From Catajapyx aquilonaris (taxonomy: Eukaryota), in NCBI GenBank assembly GCA_000934665.2, contig KZ538415.1, forward strand, positions 1 through 64,000: DNA of 64,000 nucleotides, given 5' to 3'. Positions 54,773 to 64,000 of this stretch are shown here, piece by piece (position 1 is the stretch's first letter; each line of letters begins with the position of its first letter). The notes beneath the pieces were generated by a model, which was not told the origin of the DNA, did not search any database, and saw only the letters and a list, made by a program, of their open reading frames with translations. The position numbers and the translations under genes are program-made.

Positions 54773-55924
54773 ATGGAAGCACAGTCTGACTTGGAGTTGT
54801 TCCTGGAAGGTACGACGGTACCGAACGACACCGTACACTCACTGGACGAGACGCCTCCTTGGCTGGACAAGGTGAAGTTCAGACGCGGACAGCAGTTTGT
54901 CCGGAAGAACTTCTTCGCAGTTATCGTCGCATCGGCCTTGTCCCAACTGAACAGCATAACGTGGCCACCCATCGTCAGCGTCCTGTCCTTCTACGGGAAG
55001 TACAACAGTCTGGACGTCCTGTCCCGATTGAGCCTCAGCCTCGGAGCGCACATCGTGGTGTGGTCAGAGGGCGACCTCTGGGATCCTAAATGCACAGCGT
55101 ACAAGGCAATGTCCCATGCCCAGCAGACGCACCGAAAGTTCTGCCTGTACGCCAACAAGCATCGGGACAGAGTGGACAAGGCCAAGCTGGACATGTCCAG
55201 GCAGCCGGACATACTCGCCAAGTGCAAGATGGCTCCTTTCGTCAAGAGGGATCTGGACGCACCGGGACACCGGTATTCGTCAGTGTGTCCGGTGATACCT
55301 CCGGACAATGCGGTGTATATCAGCCAATCGGACATGATCGGAGCGGTGATAAGCGTGGTTGGTCCGATCGTGTCCTATCCTGAGAAGCTGGGTGTCCACG
55401 GAGTGTCCCAGGAAGAGCTGGCGGACTTTGTCCACCTCTGGAGAGTTTTCGCGTACTACCTGGGCGTCCAGGATAGGTACAACGTGTGCGGACGGACGCC
55501 GGACAAGGTGGCCTCCTTCTTCTGGACCATGTTCGAGTCACTGGGGATACCGAACATGAAGAACTCCACATTGGAACACGAGTATTTCTGCAAAATAACG
55601 TTGAAAAGCTACACACACGTGTACCCTTTCCTGTCACCTATATTCAACCACTCTGAGGTGGTTGCTCTGTACATGACCTGGGTCACCAACTGCGAGTACC
55701 TCTTGAACCACACCTACGAACATGTGTCTTGGTACCACCTGGCTCTCTTCAAAATGATCAAGTTCGGGTTCCTTTTTGTCTGCAGGGTCAAGCCCCTAGC
55801 ATTTGTTTGGAACGAGGTCACCAGGCTGTGCTTCAAACACTGCATGGCCAGGAAGGTCAATCTGGACAAACTTTATGGACATCACCATAAGATAGTGGAT
55901 GACTCAAGGGACAATGAATGGTGA
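54773..55924 (+). CDS. ER-bound oxygenase MpaB/rubber oxygenase Lcp (DUF2236)-family protein, copy 1, intronless
   Basis: PPWLDKVKFRRGQQF, ISQSDM, PEKLGV..EELADFVHLWRVFAYYLGVQDRYNVC match my recollection of arthropod DUF2236 proteins; first ATG at 54773. Confidence 0.75.
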   Translation: MEAQSDLELFLEGTTVPNDTVHSLDETPPWLDKVKFRRGQQFVRKNFFAVIVASALSQLNSITWPPIVSVLSFYGKYNSLDVLSRLSLSLGAHIVVWSEGDLWDPKCTAYKAMSHAQQTHRKFCLYANKHRDRVDKAKLDMSRQPDILAKCKMAPFVKRDLDAPGHRYSSVCPVIPPDNAVYISQSDMIGAVISVVGPIVSYPEKLGVHGVSQEELADFVHLWRVFAYYLGVQDRYNVCGRTPDKVASFFWTMFESLGIPNMKNSTLEHEYFCKITLKSYTHVYPFLSPIFNHSEVVALYMTWVTNCEYLLNHTYEHVSWYHLALFKMIKFGFLFVCRVKPLAFVWNEVTRLCFKHCMARKVNLDKLYGHHHKIVDDSRDNEW

Positions 55925-55949
55925 TTGTTGGTATTGCATGATTTGTCCA

Positions 55950-56222
55950 TGGGATGTCCGTAGGATATCCACTGGTTGTCCATATAGGACGCTTTTGTGG
56001 ATTATTGTCAAGAAAGTGTCTATGTGGACTGTCCATAAGGTTCTCCCCGTACGGAATGTCCACTGGATGTCCACTAGATGTCCATGTGGACTGTCCATAA
56101 GGTACTCCCCGTATGGAATGTCCACTGGATGTCCACTAGATGTCCATGTGGACTGTCCATAAGGTGCTCCTTGTATGGAATGTCCACTGGATGTCCACTA
56201 GATGTCCATGTGGACTGTCCAT
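55950..56222. repeat. 62-bp minisatellite (GTCCAC/GTGGAC-rich), 3 near-perfect copies just 3' of the oxygenase stop
   Basis: TGTGGACTGTCC at 56023, 56085, 56147, 56209. Confidence 0.9.
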
Positions 56223-56599
56223 TTACTACCTGATTACTACGTCCTGATTGTAATTATTGTAAATATAATGAACAGTAATTTGTGGACATCCACGTAGTTT
56301 GTCCCACGCACCAACATGTCCATAGAGAGAACAGTGTAAAAATAAATATGGTTATAATAAAGGGCGTTGGTTATTGCCTGTATTTTGAGGGGCTGTGTTT
56401 GTGTGGAGGCGTAGTATATTTCGCAAACAACTTTCGACGCATTGTTGTGGCTTCATCTTGTGAGAGAACTATTGTTGAGGCTTCATCCATCGTGACCTTT
56501 TCTTCCATTTCGATTGAGGCAACAATTTCATATTACTGTGCTAACAGGTAAGGGAGAGTGAAAAAAATAGTCAACGTCACAGTTTAATAATATTTTAGA

Positions 56600-56950
56600 A
56601 AAAAAAAATCCAGATAAAATATTAGTTTAAAATAGCCTGTTAACTATTACTTTAAAATAGCTTGTTAACTATTACTTTAAAATACTGTAGCTTATTGTTA
56701 ACTGTTACTTGATAAATATCCAAAAGCAGATAAAATATTAGTTTAAAATAGCTTGTGAAATAGATTGTGAACTATTAGTTTGAAATAGCTTGTGAAATAG
56801 ATTGTGAACTATTAGTTTGAAATAGATTGTGAACTATTAGTTTGAAATAGCTTGTGAAATAGCTTGTGAAATAGCTTGTGGACTATTATCTTAAAATAGC
56901 TAGTTAACCATTACTTGATAAATATCCAAAAACAGATAAAATATATGATG
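56600..56950. repeat. AAATAGCTTGTG/AACTATTAG degenerate minisatellite
   Basis: Visible tandem units at 56740-56880. Confidence 0.75.
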
Positions 56951-57269
56951 TTAACTCTTAGTATAAATGGCTTGTTATTCACTGTTATAAATATCACATT
57001 AACTATTAGTTCTCTCAATAGCTTCTCATTTTATTAACCTTAGGCTTTTGTTAATTATTAGTTTCTCATCACTCTTGGTTTCATTAATAGCTGATTAATT
57101 ATAAGTTTTATTAATAGCCACTTATCCTATAACTAGTAGGCTGTATTAATTCCATCAATATTTTGTTCGCTTTTGGGTTCATTAATATTAATATATAATT
57201 AATATATTAATTATAAGTTTCAATCATACCTGATTAATTAGTCAGTTAGATTAATTACTTTTATTAATT

Positions 57270-57479
57270 TTATCATACCCCGTGCTCGAGCCTTTCGCTC
57301 CCTTAGGGGGGTGGATTACCACCATTGGATGGGACCAGGGATAGGGAAGGATTGAAGCGGCTGTGGCCTATTTTTACGGAAACGACCCCGGAATTGTCCT
57401 TGGAGGGGAGGGGGGCAATGGAAAACCACTGTCAGGGTCGCCGGCCGCGGCCCCGGGATACGAACCCAGGACCTGCTTC
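57270..57479 (-). mobile_element. tRNA-derived SINE family A, tail type 3, head deleted between AGGT microhomologies
   Basis: Reverse complement GAAGCAGGTCCTGGGTTCGTATCCCGG...GGCCACAGCCGCTTC...CGGGGTATGA. Confidence 0.75.
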
Positions 57480-57593
57480 GGTACTATTTCTAAGTTCTAT
57501 CAATAGCTTATTATTTTTTTCCTTCGTTTATTTATTATTCGTTTAGAGATGATTCATTGTTAGTTTCATTAATAGCTTATTAAATAGCCTATA

Positions 57594-57867
57594 CTAGCTG
57601 CGGCACCCGGCGTTGCACGGGAAGAAATGAATGAAGGGAAAACACCTGCCACTACTGCCGTCAACTGTCTGTCTTTCTGTGTGTCCGCCCACCATCTGTG
57701 GTCCTGCTACTCCAACCCCTTCAACCTCTCCCGCCTGTATAACGGCAACCGTCATTTGCCTGCCATCTGTATTCAAAACCCCCAACACCTCCATCCGGTT
57801 GGCAGGCGGACAGACAGACAGACAGACAGACAGACACACAGACTCATAAACGGCTTTATTTATATAG
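57594..57867 (-). mobile_element. Non-autonomous Helitron, same family as 44466-44848
   Basis: Shares CTAGCTGCGGCACCCG..CGTTGC end, body and (ACAG)n tract. Confidence 0.8.
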
Positions 57868-57893
57868 CTTGTTTGCAGTACATGTACTGCACC

Positions 57894-58118
57894 GAAGCAG
57901 GTTGGCATAGTGGATAAGGCGTCCGACTGCTAATCGGGAGGTCCTGGGTTCGAATCCCGGGGCCGGCAACCCTGACCGTGGTTTTCTGTGATTTTCCACG
58001 GTCTTTCTAGGATAATTCCGGGGTCGCTTCCGTATAATAGGCCACAGCCGCTTCCTTCCTTCCCTATCCTTGGAGGTTGAAAGGCAATGCAACCTCCTTA
58101 AAATATCAATTATAAAGT
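57894..58118 (+). mobile_element. tRNA-derived SINE family A, tail type 1
   Basis: A box TGGCATAGTGG, B box GGTTCGAATCCC, core GGCCACAGCCGCTTCCTT, tail GGAGGTTG...CAACCTCC. Confidence 0.9.
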
Positions 58119-58489
58119 ACAGTTCTTAATAATAATGTCAACATTTTAAATAATATCATCTATGCATAGTTCAAAGCTTATTGCTCTTGTCTATAGTTGT
58201 TTACTGACTATGGATATGATTACAGGCATGCCCCATGCAGATATTTTAAAACATTTCATTATTAATAATGGAGCTTGCTGATTAAAAATACGGCATCGAG
58301 CAACAGCGAACGGGCATGCACCCTCACTCATCTCCACGTGTGTTAATGCAAGATTGCGAATAGGGGTGCAGCTCAGCCTGTTCCGATGTAGATTTCGAGG
58401 CCCAGGACGTCATGAACTGAAATTAATCTCCGAAATTATTTATCCTGAAACTTCCGGACCTCCACCTCACCAGGAGTTAACTAGACTTG

Positions 58490-59314
58490 ATGGGGCCTGG
58501 ATCTGAAGGCAGAGCAACAACACAGACTCAGGTATGCGAATAATACATGATCATATTGCGGTTGGGTTGTGTACCATGGGTGACAGGTGGTTGGGACAAA
58601 TCCAAGCACTTCATGTCAATTTGAAGCTAAGTACATTTTGAAGAGTCCGTACATGTTCATACAGGATATGACCGACACTGAGGATTCAGCCGGGGCGACC
58701 GCAATCCTGCTGCAGGAAGCAGGTGAGAAAGGGGACGCAGGCGTAGAGAACCCTGGAGTGAAACCGGCCATGCAGGAAATTAGCCTCGAGCAAGGAGACT
58801 CTGCGGTTGAAGAAAATGGCGCAAGGGACAGGCCGGTCGCCAAGAAGGAGCCAAAACGGATCCTGCACTTCAGCGACGGAACACTCGAAGAATATTCAGA
58901 CTCCGACGAGGAGGAGGAGCCGGATAAGTCGTCCATCCACAGAGAGAAGCAGGTACTGATCGTAATTAGTACACACTTGCAGGGTGTTCACTTCCTCGTT
59001 GCTAGGTTGTCGACCCCCACACTTTGGCATGGATGCCATGGTTCCGCTACCATGTGGGCAGCCTCGGAGAGAAGACTCTGAAGGCGTGCGATTATGTCGG
59101 GGAGCCTCTGGCTAATTTCCTGGGCATTACGACGTCCAGGTACGAGTGGGAGTTGGAGGAGTACAAGCGGAGGAAGGCGGAGGAGGACGAGGAGAAAGGT
59201 CGGCAGGAAGCGGAGATGAAAGGATGGGTCGAACCTGGAAGAGAGGTGGACGGAAGCAGGCAGGTGGTGGAGCAGCCTCTCGCAACGCATTCGGAGGTGT
59301 CGGAGCACATATAA
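58490..59314 (+). CDS. FAM177A1: FAM177 family protein; exons 58490-58531, 58665-58952, 59006-59314
   Basis: PKRILHFSDGTLEEYS and CDYVGEPLANFLGITTSRYEWELEEY motifs; phase-0 introns. Confidence 0.88.
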
Positions 59315-60444
59315 AAATACGCAAAGGAGCCCTCCGTTGCCCAATGCAAATTCCACTATGGAGTACATGAAGATTGGTGCAACTATTAATACAACTTTAT
59401 TTAACAGATTTACGCATATTTGTGGAGTCGCACACGTTGACTAACATCTGGTGTGGATTTTCACGTTTTGTCGGTTTTAATGCAGGCAATAAATTTGTAC
59501 AGTGTTCATCAACAGTAGCTGATTTGTACGATGGTGGATCAAATGAAAGTGTAAGTTTAAACTTCATTAAAGGTCTGTATTGCCCTTTTCACTTTCATAT
59601 GATCAGCCTTCGTACATTTTACGTTGCTGCAAAGAGGCGCACATGTGCGAGGCCTTACTTTTGTATCTCTAAAACTAGTCATTATAATTCACTTGAGTTT
59701 TATGCTTGCACAGAGATTGTGTTTACACTTTTGTGAATAAAATCTTGCACTAAATATCTGCATTTAATTTCTGGCTGGTGATTGACATGAACCGAAGCAG
59801 ACGTTGCTTGTTGGTAATTCAAGTCCATCCAATGATAAGTCAATCTCTGGATGTGTAATAATTATTTATGAAGTAATGCCTTCAGGTTCTTTTTCAATGC
59901 TGGTAGTGATGATGAATCGTACAAGCCATGACTTTTTACTGATTCTTTTGCAATACGCATGGCGTTCTAATATCTTCGACAATCAGGGATATTTTTTACA
60001 GACACATTTCATCCAATACCTCGAAGCATTTCAATATCTTTGCAAAATCCTGTTATGAATATATGCTTTTGAAGCCAATCAAATGCAATTGCAAATTATC
60101 TGGAATTATTTTTTAGAACAAGAAATTGAGATGTTTTTTGATGCTTTTAGGCAAGGAGGATCTACTTACGTCTAGCAATTACGAAAGATGACCAGTTTTT
60201 CTATACCGTGCGAGGTATTCCCCTTTAGTAATGATTTTAAAATTTCCATCAATATCTTGGGCAATCACCATCACATGCGAAGGGTTTTGCTAAATGGTAT
60301 GACTGTTGGGTCATGAGAAATTGCAGGAGATGAAAATCAATTCTGGGCTTTATCATTCAAATTAATTCGAGAAATTCACATTTGCAATATATTTCCCAAA
60401 TAAGTAACCTACATGTCCTATAAATGTAAAATAGTAAAAATATA

Positions 60445-61009
60445 CAGGGTGTAAATGAATTCAACCGACAAACTTCTAGGGGTGATAGAGGGGACCAAGA
60501 CAAACATTTTTGACAAAGGAAACCGTGTCCGGAAACGCAATCTAGAAGGGGTTCATAGACAAGGAACGGGCGGTGCGCTCAGACGCGTCACAGGAGAGGT
60601 GCTAGGTGAGCGGATTGTTTTGTTGGTAGATGGCGCTTGGATAGTAACCAACGATGCGATGTGCCATAACGTGGCAACAACAGAGTCATCTAGCCACTAA
60701 AGTCCGCCTCCTAGGAGACGTGCGGATAGTCAACTGCGGTTCTGTTGTTGCCAGGTTATGGCGTATGGTGTTGTTGTTTACTTACAACGACGCGATACCC
60801 CATAATCTGGCAACAACTGCACGCCATCTATCAACAAAACAGTCCTCTCGACTAGCACTTCTCGCGTGACGCGTCTGAGCACACCCGTTCCTCGTCTATG
60901 AACCCCCTCTAGATGGCGTTTCCGGACACGGTTTCCTATGTCAAAAATGTTTGTCTTGGTCCCCTCTATCACCCCTAGAAGTTTGTCGGTTGAATTCATT
61001 TACACCCTG
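60445..61009. mobile_element. Tc1/mariner-type MITE (565 bp) with long TIRs
   Basis: TA|CAGGGTGTAAATGAATTCAACCGACAAACTTCTAGGGG... with its reverse complement ending at 61009|TA; arms alignable for >140 bp; shares AAGGAA..CGGAAACGCA with the 51973 MITE. Confidence 0.9.
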
Positions 61010-61290
61010 TATATGCAAATATTCGCAGGCCATTGTTACACCAAGCTATTGCACTATGCCCATTTGATCTTCGAAAAAAAGAGACGGGAGCACCTCAGTT
61101 AATCATTACTTTTTTTTACATTGCAGGTTTCAGTTTTTTGATCATTAATGTCTCATTTGCATCATACTTTCCGCATCATCACTATCATGATTGCAAAAGT
61201 TTTCATCAACTAGCCATAAAACACGGCTATATAAGTGACTGCTGAACACATTCAGCTTCTGATTTGTATTGACGCGACTCCAAGCTTGAG

Positions 61291-62472
61291 ATGGCTCCAA
61301 ACAATAAGGACGAGTCTTACACAAGCATTGAGCAATACTTGAGTGCCTGCAATGTTCCATACACGAAGGTCCATTCCCTGGATGAGACACCGCCCTGGTT
61401 GGACAAGGAGAGATTCAGACGTGGACAGGCCTTCGCCAGAAAACACTTCTTCGGCGTCATAGTGTCCTACGCCTTGGCCCAGTTCAGCGCCGTGTTCTGG
61501 ACTCCTGTCTTCAACTTCCTGACCTATTTCGGCAAGTACGACAAGCTGGAACTACTGGCCAGGACCAAACTCAGCATCACCTCTCACATCCTGACCTGGA
61601 CGGAAGGTGACCTGTGGAATCCGGAGGACCCGGCTTACCAGAGCATGAAACACGCCCAGAACATACATCTGAGGCTGGGAAAGTACGCCAACAAGCATAA
61701 GGAGAGAGTGGACAAAGTCAAGCTGGACATGTCGAAGGAACCGGACATTTCTGAACAGTGCAACTTCATGCAGTTCCTCAAGAAGGACATTTCAGCACCT
61801 GGACACAGGTACTCATCCGCTTGTCCTTTCATTCCGCCAGAAGACTCTGCATACATGAGTCAAGCGGATTTGGCTGCGACCTCATTGTTGATGATAGGCA
61901 CTGTTGTGGTTTGTCCGGAAAAGGTTGGTATCCACGGAGCGACAGAAGAGGAGATCAGTGATGTCATGTACATGTGGCGGGTGTTTGGGTACTACCTTGG
62001 AGTCGAGGACAAGTACAACATTTTGTCAAAAAGTAGGAAGGAAGTGAAAGCTCTCTGGCAGGAAGGGCTGGAGAAGATTCACATTCCGGCTATCAAGACG
62101 CTGGAGAAGGACAAGGAGTACTTCTGGAGGATAATGTTTAAGAGTTTCGGGCTGTTGTCTGTTTTTGCAACTCCCATACAAAATTGCATTGAAGTGGCAG
62201 TCCTTTTCGTAGTCTGGATCTTGGAAATTGAAGACCTGATGGTTCACACTAACCGACATATCAAATGGTATCACCGTGCATTATTCAAGGTCTTTCAATT
62301 TTGGGTGTACATTGCTTGTCGGGTAAGGCCAATTGCATACTTTTGGAATGAACTGAACAGATTAATTATAGTTTCTGTCATAAAGAAGCATGGACTACAT
62401 CACAGTCAAAGGGTCGAAAAGTTTAAAGATTCGTATGTAGTATCTGGGATGCACGTACAGCACAAAGGGTAA
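61291..62472 (+). CDS. ER-bound oxygenase MpaB/Lcp (DUF2236)-family protein, copy 2, intronless
   Basis: 393-aa ORF alignable end to end with copy 1 (VHSLDETPPWLDK, EGDLW, YANKH..RVDK.KLDMS, APGHRYSS.CP, WRVF.YYLGV.D.YN); TATA-like TATATAAG at ~61228. Confidence 0.78.
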   Translation: MAPNNKDESYTSIEQYLSACNVPYTKVHSLDETPPWLDKERFRRGQAFARKHFFGVIVSYALAQFSAVFWTPVFNFLTYFGKYDKLELLARTKLSITSHILTWTEGDLWNPEDPAYQSMKHAQNIHLRLGKYANKHKERVDKVKLDMSKEPDISEQCNFMQFLKKDISAPGHRYSSACPFIPPEDSAYMSQADLAATSLLMIGTVVVCPEKVGIHGATEEEISDVMYMWRVFGYYLGVEDKYNILSKSRKEVKALWQEGLEKIHIPAIKTLEKDKEYFWRIMFKSFGLLSVFATPIQNCIEVAVLFVVWILEIEDLMVHTNRHIKWYHRALFKVFQFWVYIACRVRPIAYFWNELNRLIIVSVIKKHGLHHSQRVEKFKDSYVVSGMHVQHKG

Positions 62473-62874
62473 CTTCATACGCTTCAAGCCCAACCTTTCT
62501 CATCAAATGTTCTGTAGAGTCTGATGTAGTTTATGTTATACAGTATGTTCCTCGTCTGAGGCGAAACCAGGATGCAATGGATATGCATCATGTTTGTAAA
62601 CATAAGATGCAAAATAATTCTTCAATTAGCAAAATGTAATGAGGTGTTCGGCAGTGTGTTAATATCTATGAACAAATAAACTTATTATGCATATTTGCCT
62701 AATTTTCATTGGACATTTTATCATTAGATAGTCATTCATAGCAAAATGTAATGAGGTTTATTGGTTTGGTTTATTCGGAAGAAGCCAAAGCAACTGTGGC
62801 TATCTGGCTATAGAAGACGCAAAGGTGGGACAGATGGAGAGAGAAACGAAGAGGAAAAAGAAGAGAGGAAAGAC

Positions 62875-63012
62875 TGGTATCTCTCTTAGTCTGTCTCCTA
62901 TCCCAAAGACCTGTCCGGCTTGGGCGGCCCTACCAGTAGACGAAGCTACCGCCGGCGTAGCTCTTGGGGTCACGGGAGAAACGCAAACCCCACCACCACG
63001 ATAAGGTGGAGA
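62875..63012 (-). mobile_element. 5' fragment of an RTE-clade (BovB/Expander-like) LINE or RTE-derived element
   Basis: Minus strand CCACCTTATCGTGGTGGTGGGGTTTGCG...GAGCTACGCCGGCGG...GGTAGGGCCGCCCAAGCCGGACAGGTC resembles the conserved RTE 5'UTR as I recall it. Confidence 0.6.
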
Positions 63013-63177
63013 TACCATCGGGGGGAGATCATCTTACCTCGCGGATTCAAGCCAATCACGCAGTCCGTGATAGTTGAACTCCCAACCACGAGATGGCATG
63101 GCAAGAGCAGCTTAAAAGTCATTGGCGCCTTTTTCAAGCCAATCCGGGGGAGGTGTTTGGCAGTGTATTAATATCTA

Positions 63178-63454
63178 ATAATTCATACCCCGTTATCAGC
63201 CTTTTTCGGCTCTTTAGGGGGGAAGTTTATCTTTTGCCTGGAACTCATTGCTTTCATTTTACTGCACTTTTTGGGATGGGATAGGGGCGGAAGGAAGCGG
63301 CTGTGGCCTGTTAATTACGGAAACAACTGGAATTTTCCTGGAAGGACCGTGGGAAACCACAGAAAACCACGGTCAGAGTTTCCGGCCCCGGGATTTGATC
63401 CCAGGACCTCCCGATTAGCAGTCGGACACCGTATCCCCTATTCCAAACTGCTTC
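63178..63454 (-). mobile_element. tRNA-derived SINE family A, tail type 2, full length
   Basis: Same tail as the 32362 copy; flanked by TSD GTGTATTA(A)ATATCTA at 63163-63177 and 63458-63473. Confidence 0.9.
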
Positions 63455-64000
63455 GGTGTGTATTAAATATCTATGAGCAAGTAAACTTGTTATGCATATT
63501 TGCCTAATTTTGATTTGACATTTTATCCCTAATGAGAACAAATATCTCATTACTGATAGTCATTCACTGTTTGATAAGAGAGCAATTATGCAGATTACGA
63601 CAGATCGTTAGTACCTTGGGATACAGCAGATGATTCCCCACAGACTTATATGAATTGTGCAACCTAGCTTATTCTTTTAATCATTAATAAGGCGCAATAT
63701 CTGATAATTAATGGTATAGATGAATGCTGCTCATCAGATGAGTTTGCATAATGCGTAATTCCCCTGCAGATTGCAACAGCCACAGGATTTATATAAGCTA
63801 GGTTTTTTCCCCAGTATGTCAGTGTCTGACCTCGTATCAGTGAATTTTGAGAATATTTCCTTAAATTCCTATAGTATTCAGCATAAATTGTCATTGTTAC
63901 CGAGCAAGTGCTTTTTTTCCAATATTAGAGAAATATATCCAAAGTGACGACAACAAGTAATTCCCCTGCAGATTACAACTACCTGCTACACTCCCTGAAT

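Noticed and set aside
55950..56222. CRISPR-like repeat array (also 5600-6250)
   Set aside because: Units are contiguous tandem copies without unique spacers, no cas genes, eukaryotic context.
57894..57970. tRNA-Ser(GCT)-like gene (also 33387, 32362, 63454; tRNA-like head at 552)
   Set aside because: No proper acceptor stem or long variable arm; continues into a shared SINE body, some copies with TSDs.
60455..60999. Twin opposing ORFs MNSTDKLLGVIEG
   Set aside because: Both arise from MITE terminal inverted repeats; no transposase motifs.
54773..62472. Recent bacterial horizontal transfer or contamination to explain intronless oxygenases
   Set aside because: Motifs resemble arthropod members as I recall them, and the genes sit among host SINEs/MITEs and an intron-containing host gene; needs phylogeny to exclude fully.

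Overview
Eukaryotic (very likely arthropod/pancrustacean) genomic DNA with very short GT-AG introns (mostly 51-75 nt) plus some repeat-inflated introns. Spliced gene models reconstructed by hand, in order: BTBD1/2-like (+), KHDC4/BLOM7 (+), OTUD7/Cezanne-like deubiquitinase (+), phosphatidylserine decarboxylase (-), GT49 beta-1,4-glucuronyltransferase-like (+), two secreted 8-cysteine Kazal inhibitors (-), a class A peptide-type GPCR (-), and two intronless MpaB/Lcp (DUF2236)-family oxygenase-like paralogues (+) flanking FAM177A1 (+). Non-coding DNA holds tRNA-derived SINEs (one family with three alternative 3' tails), CAGGGTG Tc1/mariner-type MITEs, mini-Helitrons (one head-to-tail array), an RTE-like 5' fragment and several minisatellites. 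Best leads: the divergent oxygenase pair, modular SINEs, 8-Cys Kazals, candidate KHDC4 truncating/poison splicing, and CTCF-like motifs on MITEs. All family assignments come from motif recognition by eye; no searches were run.
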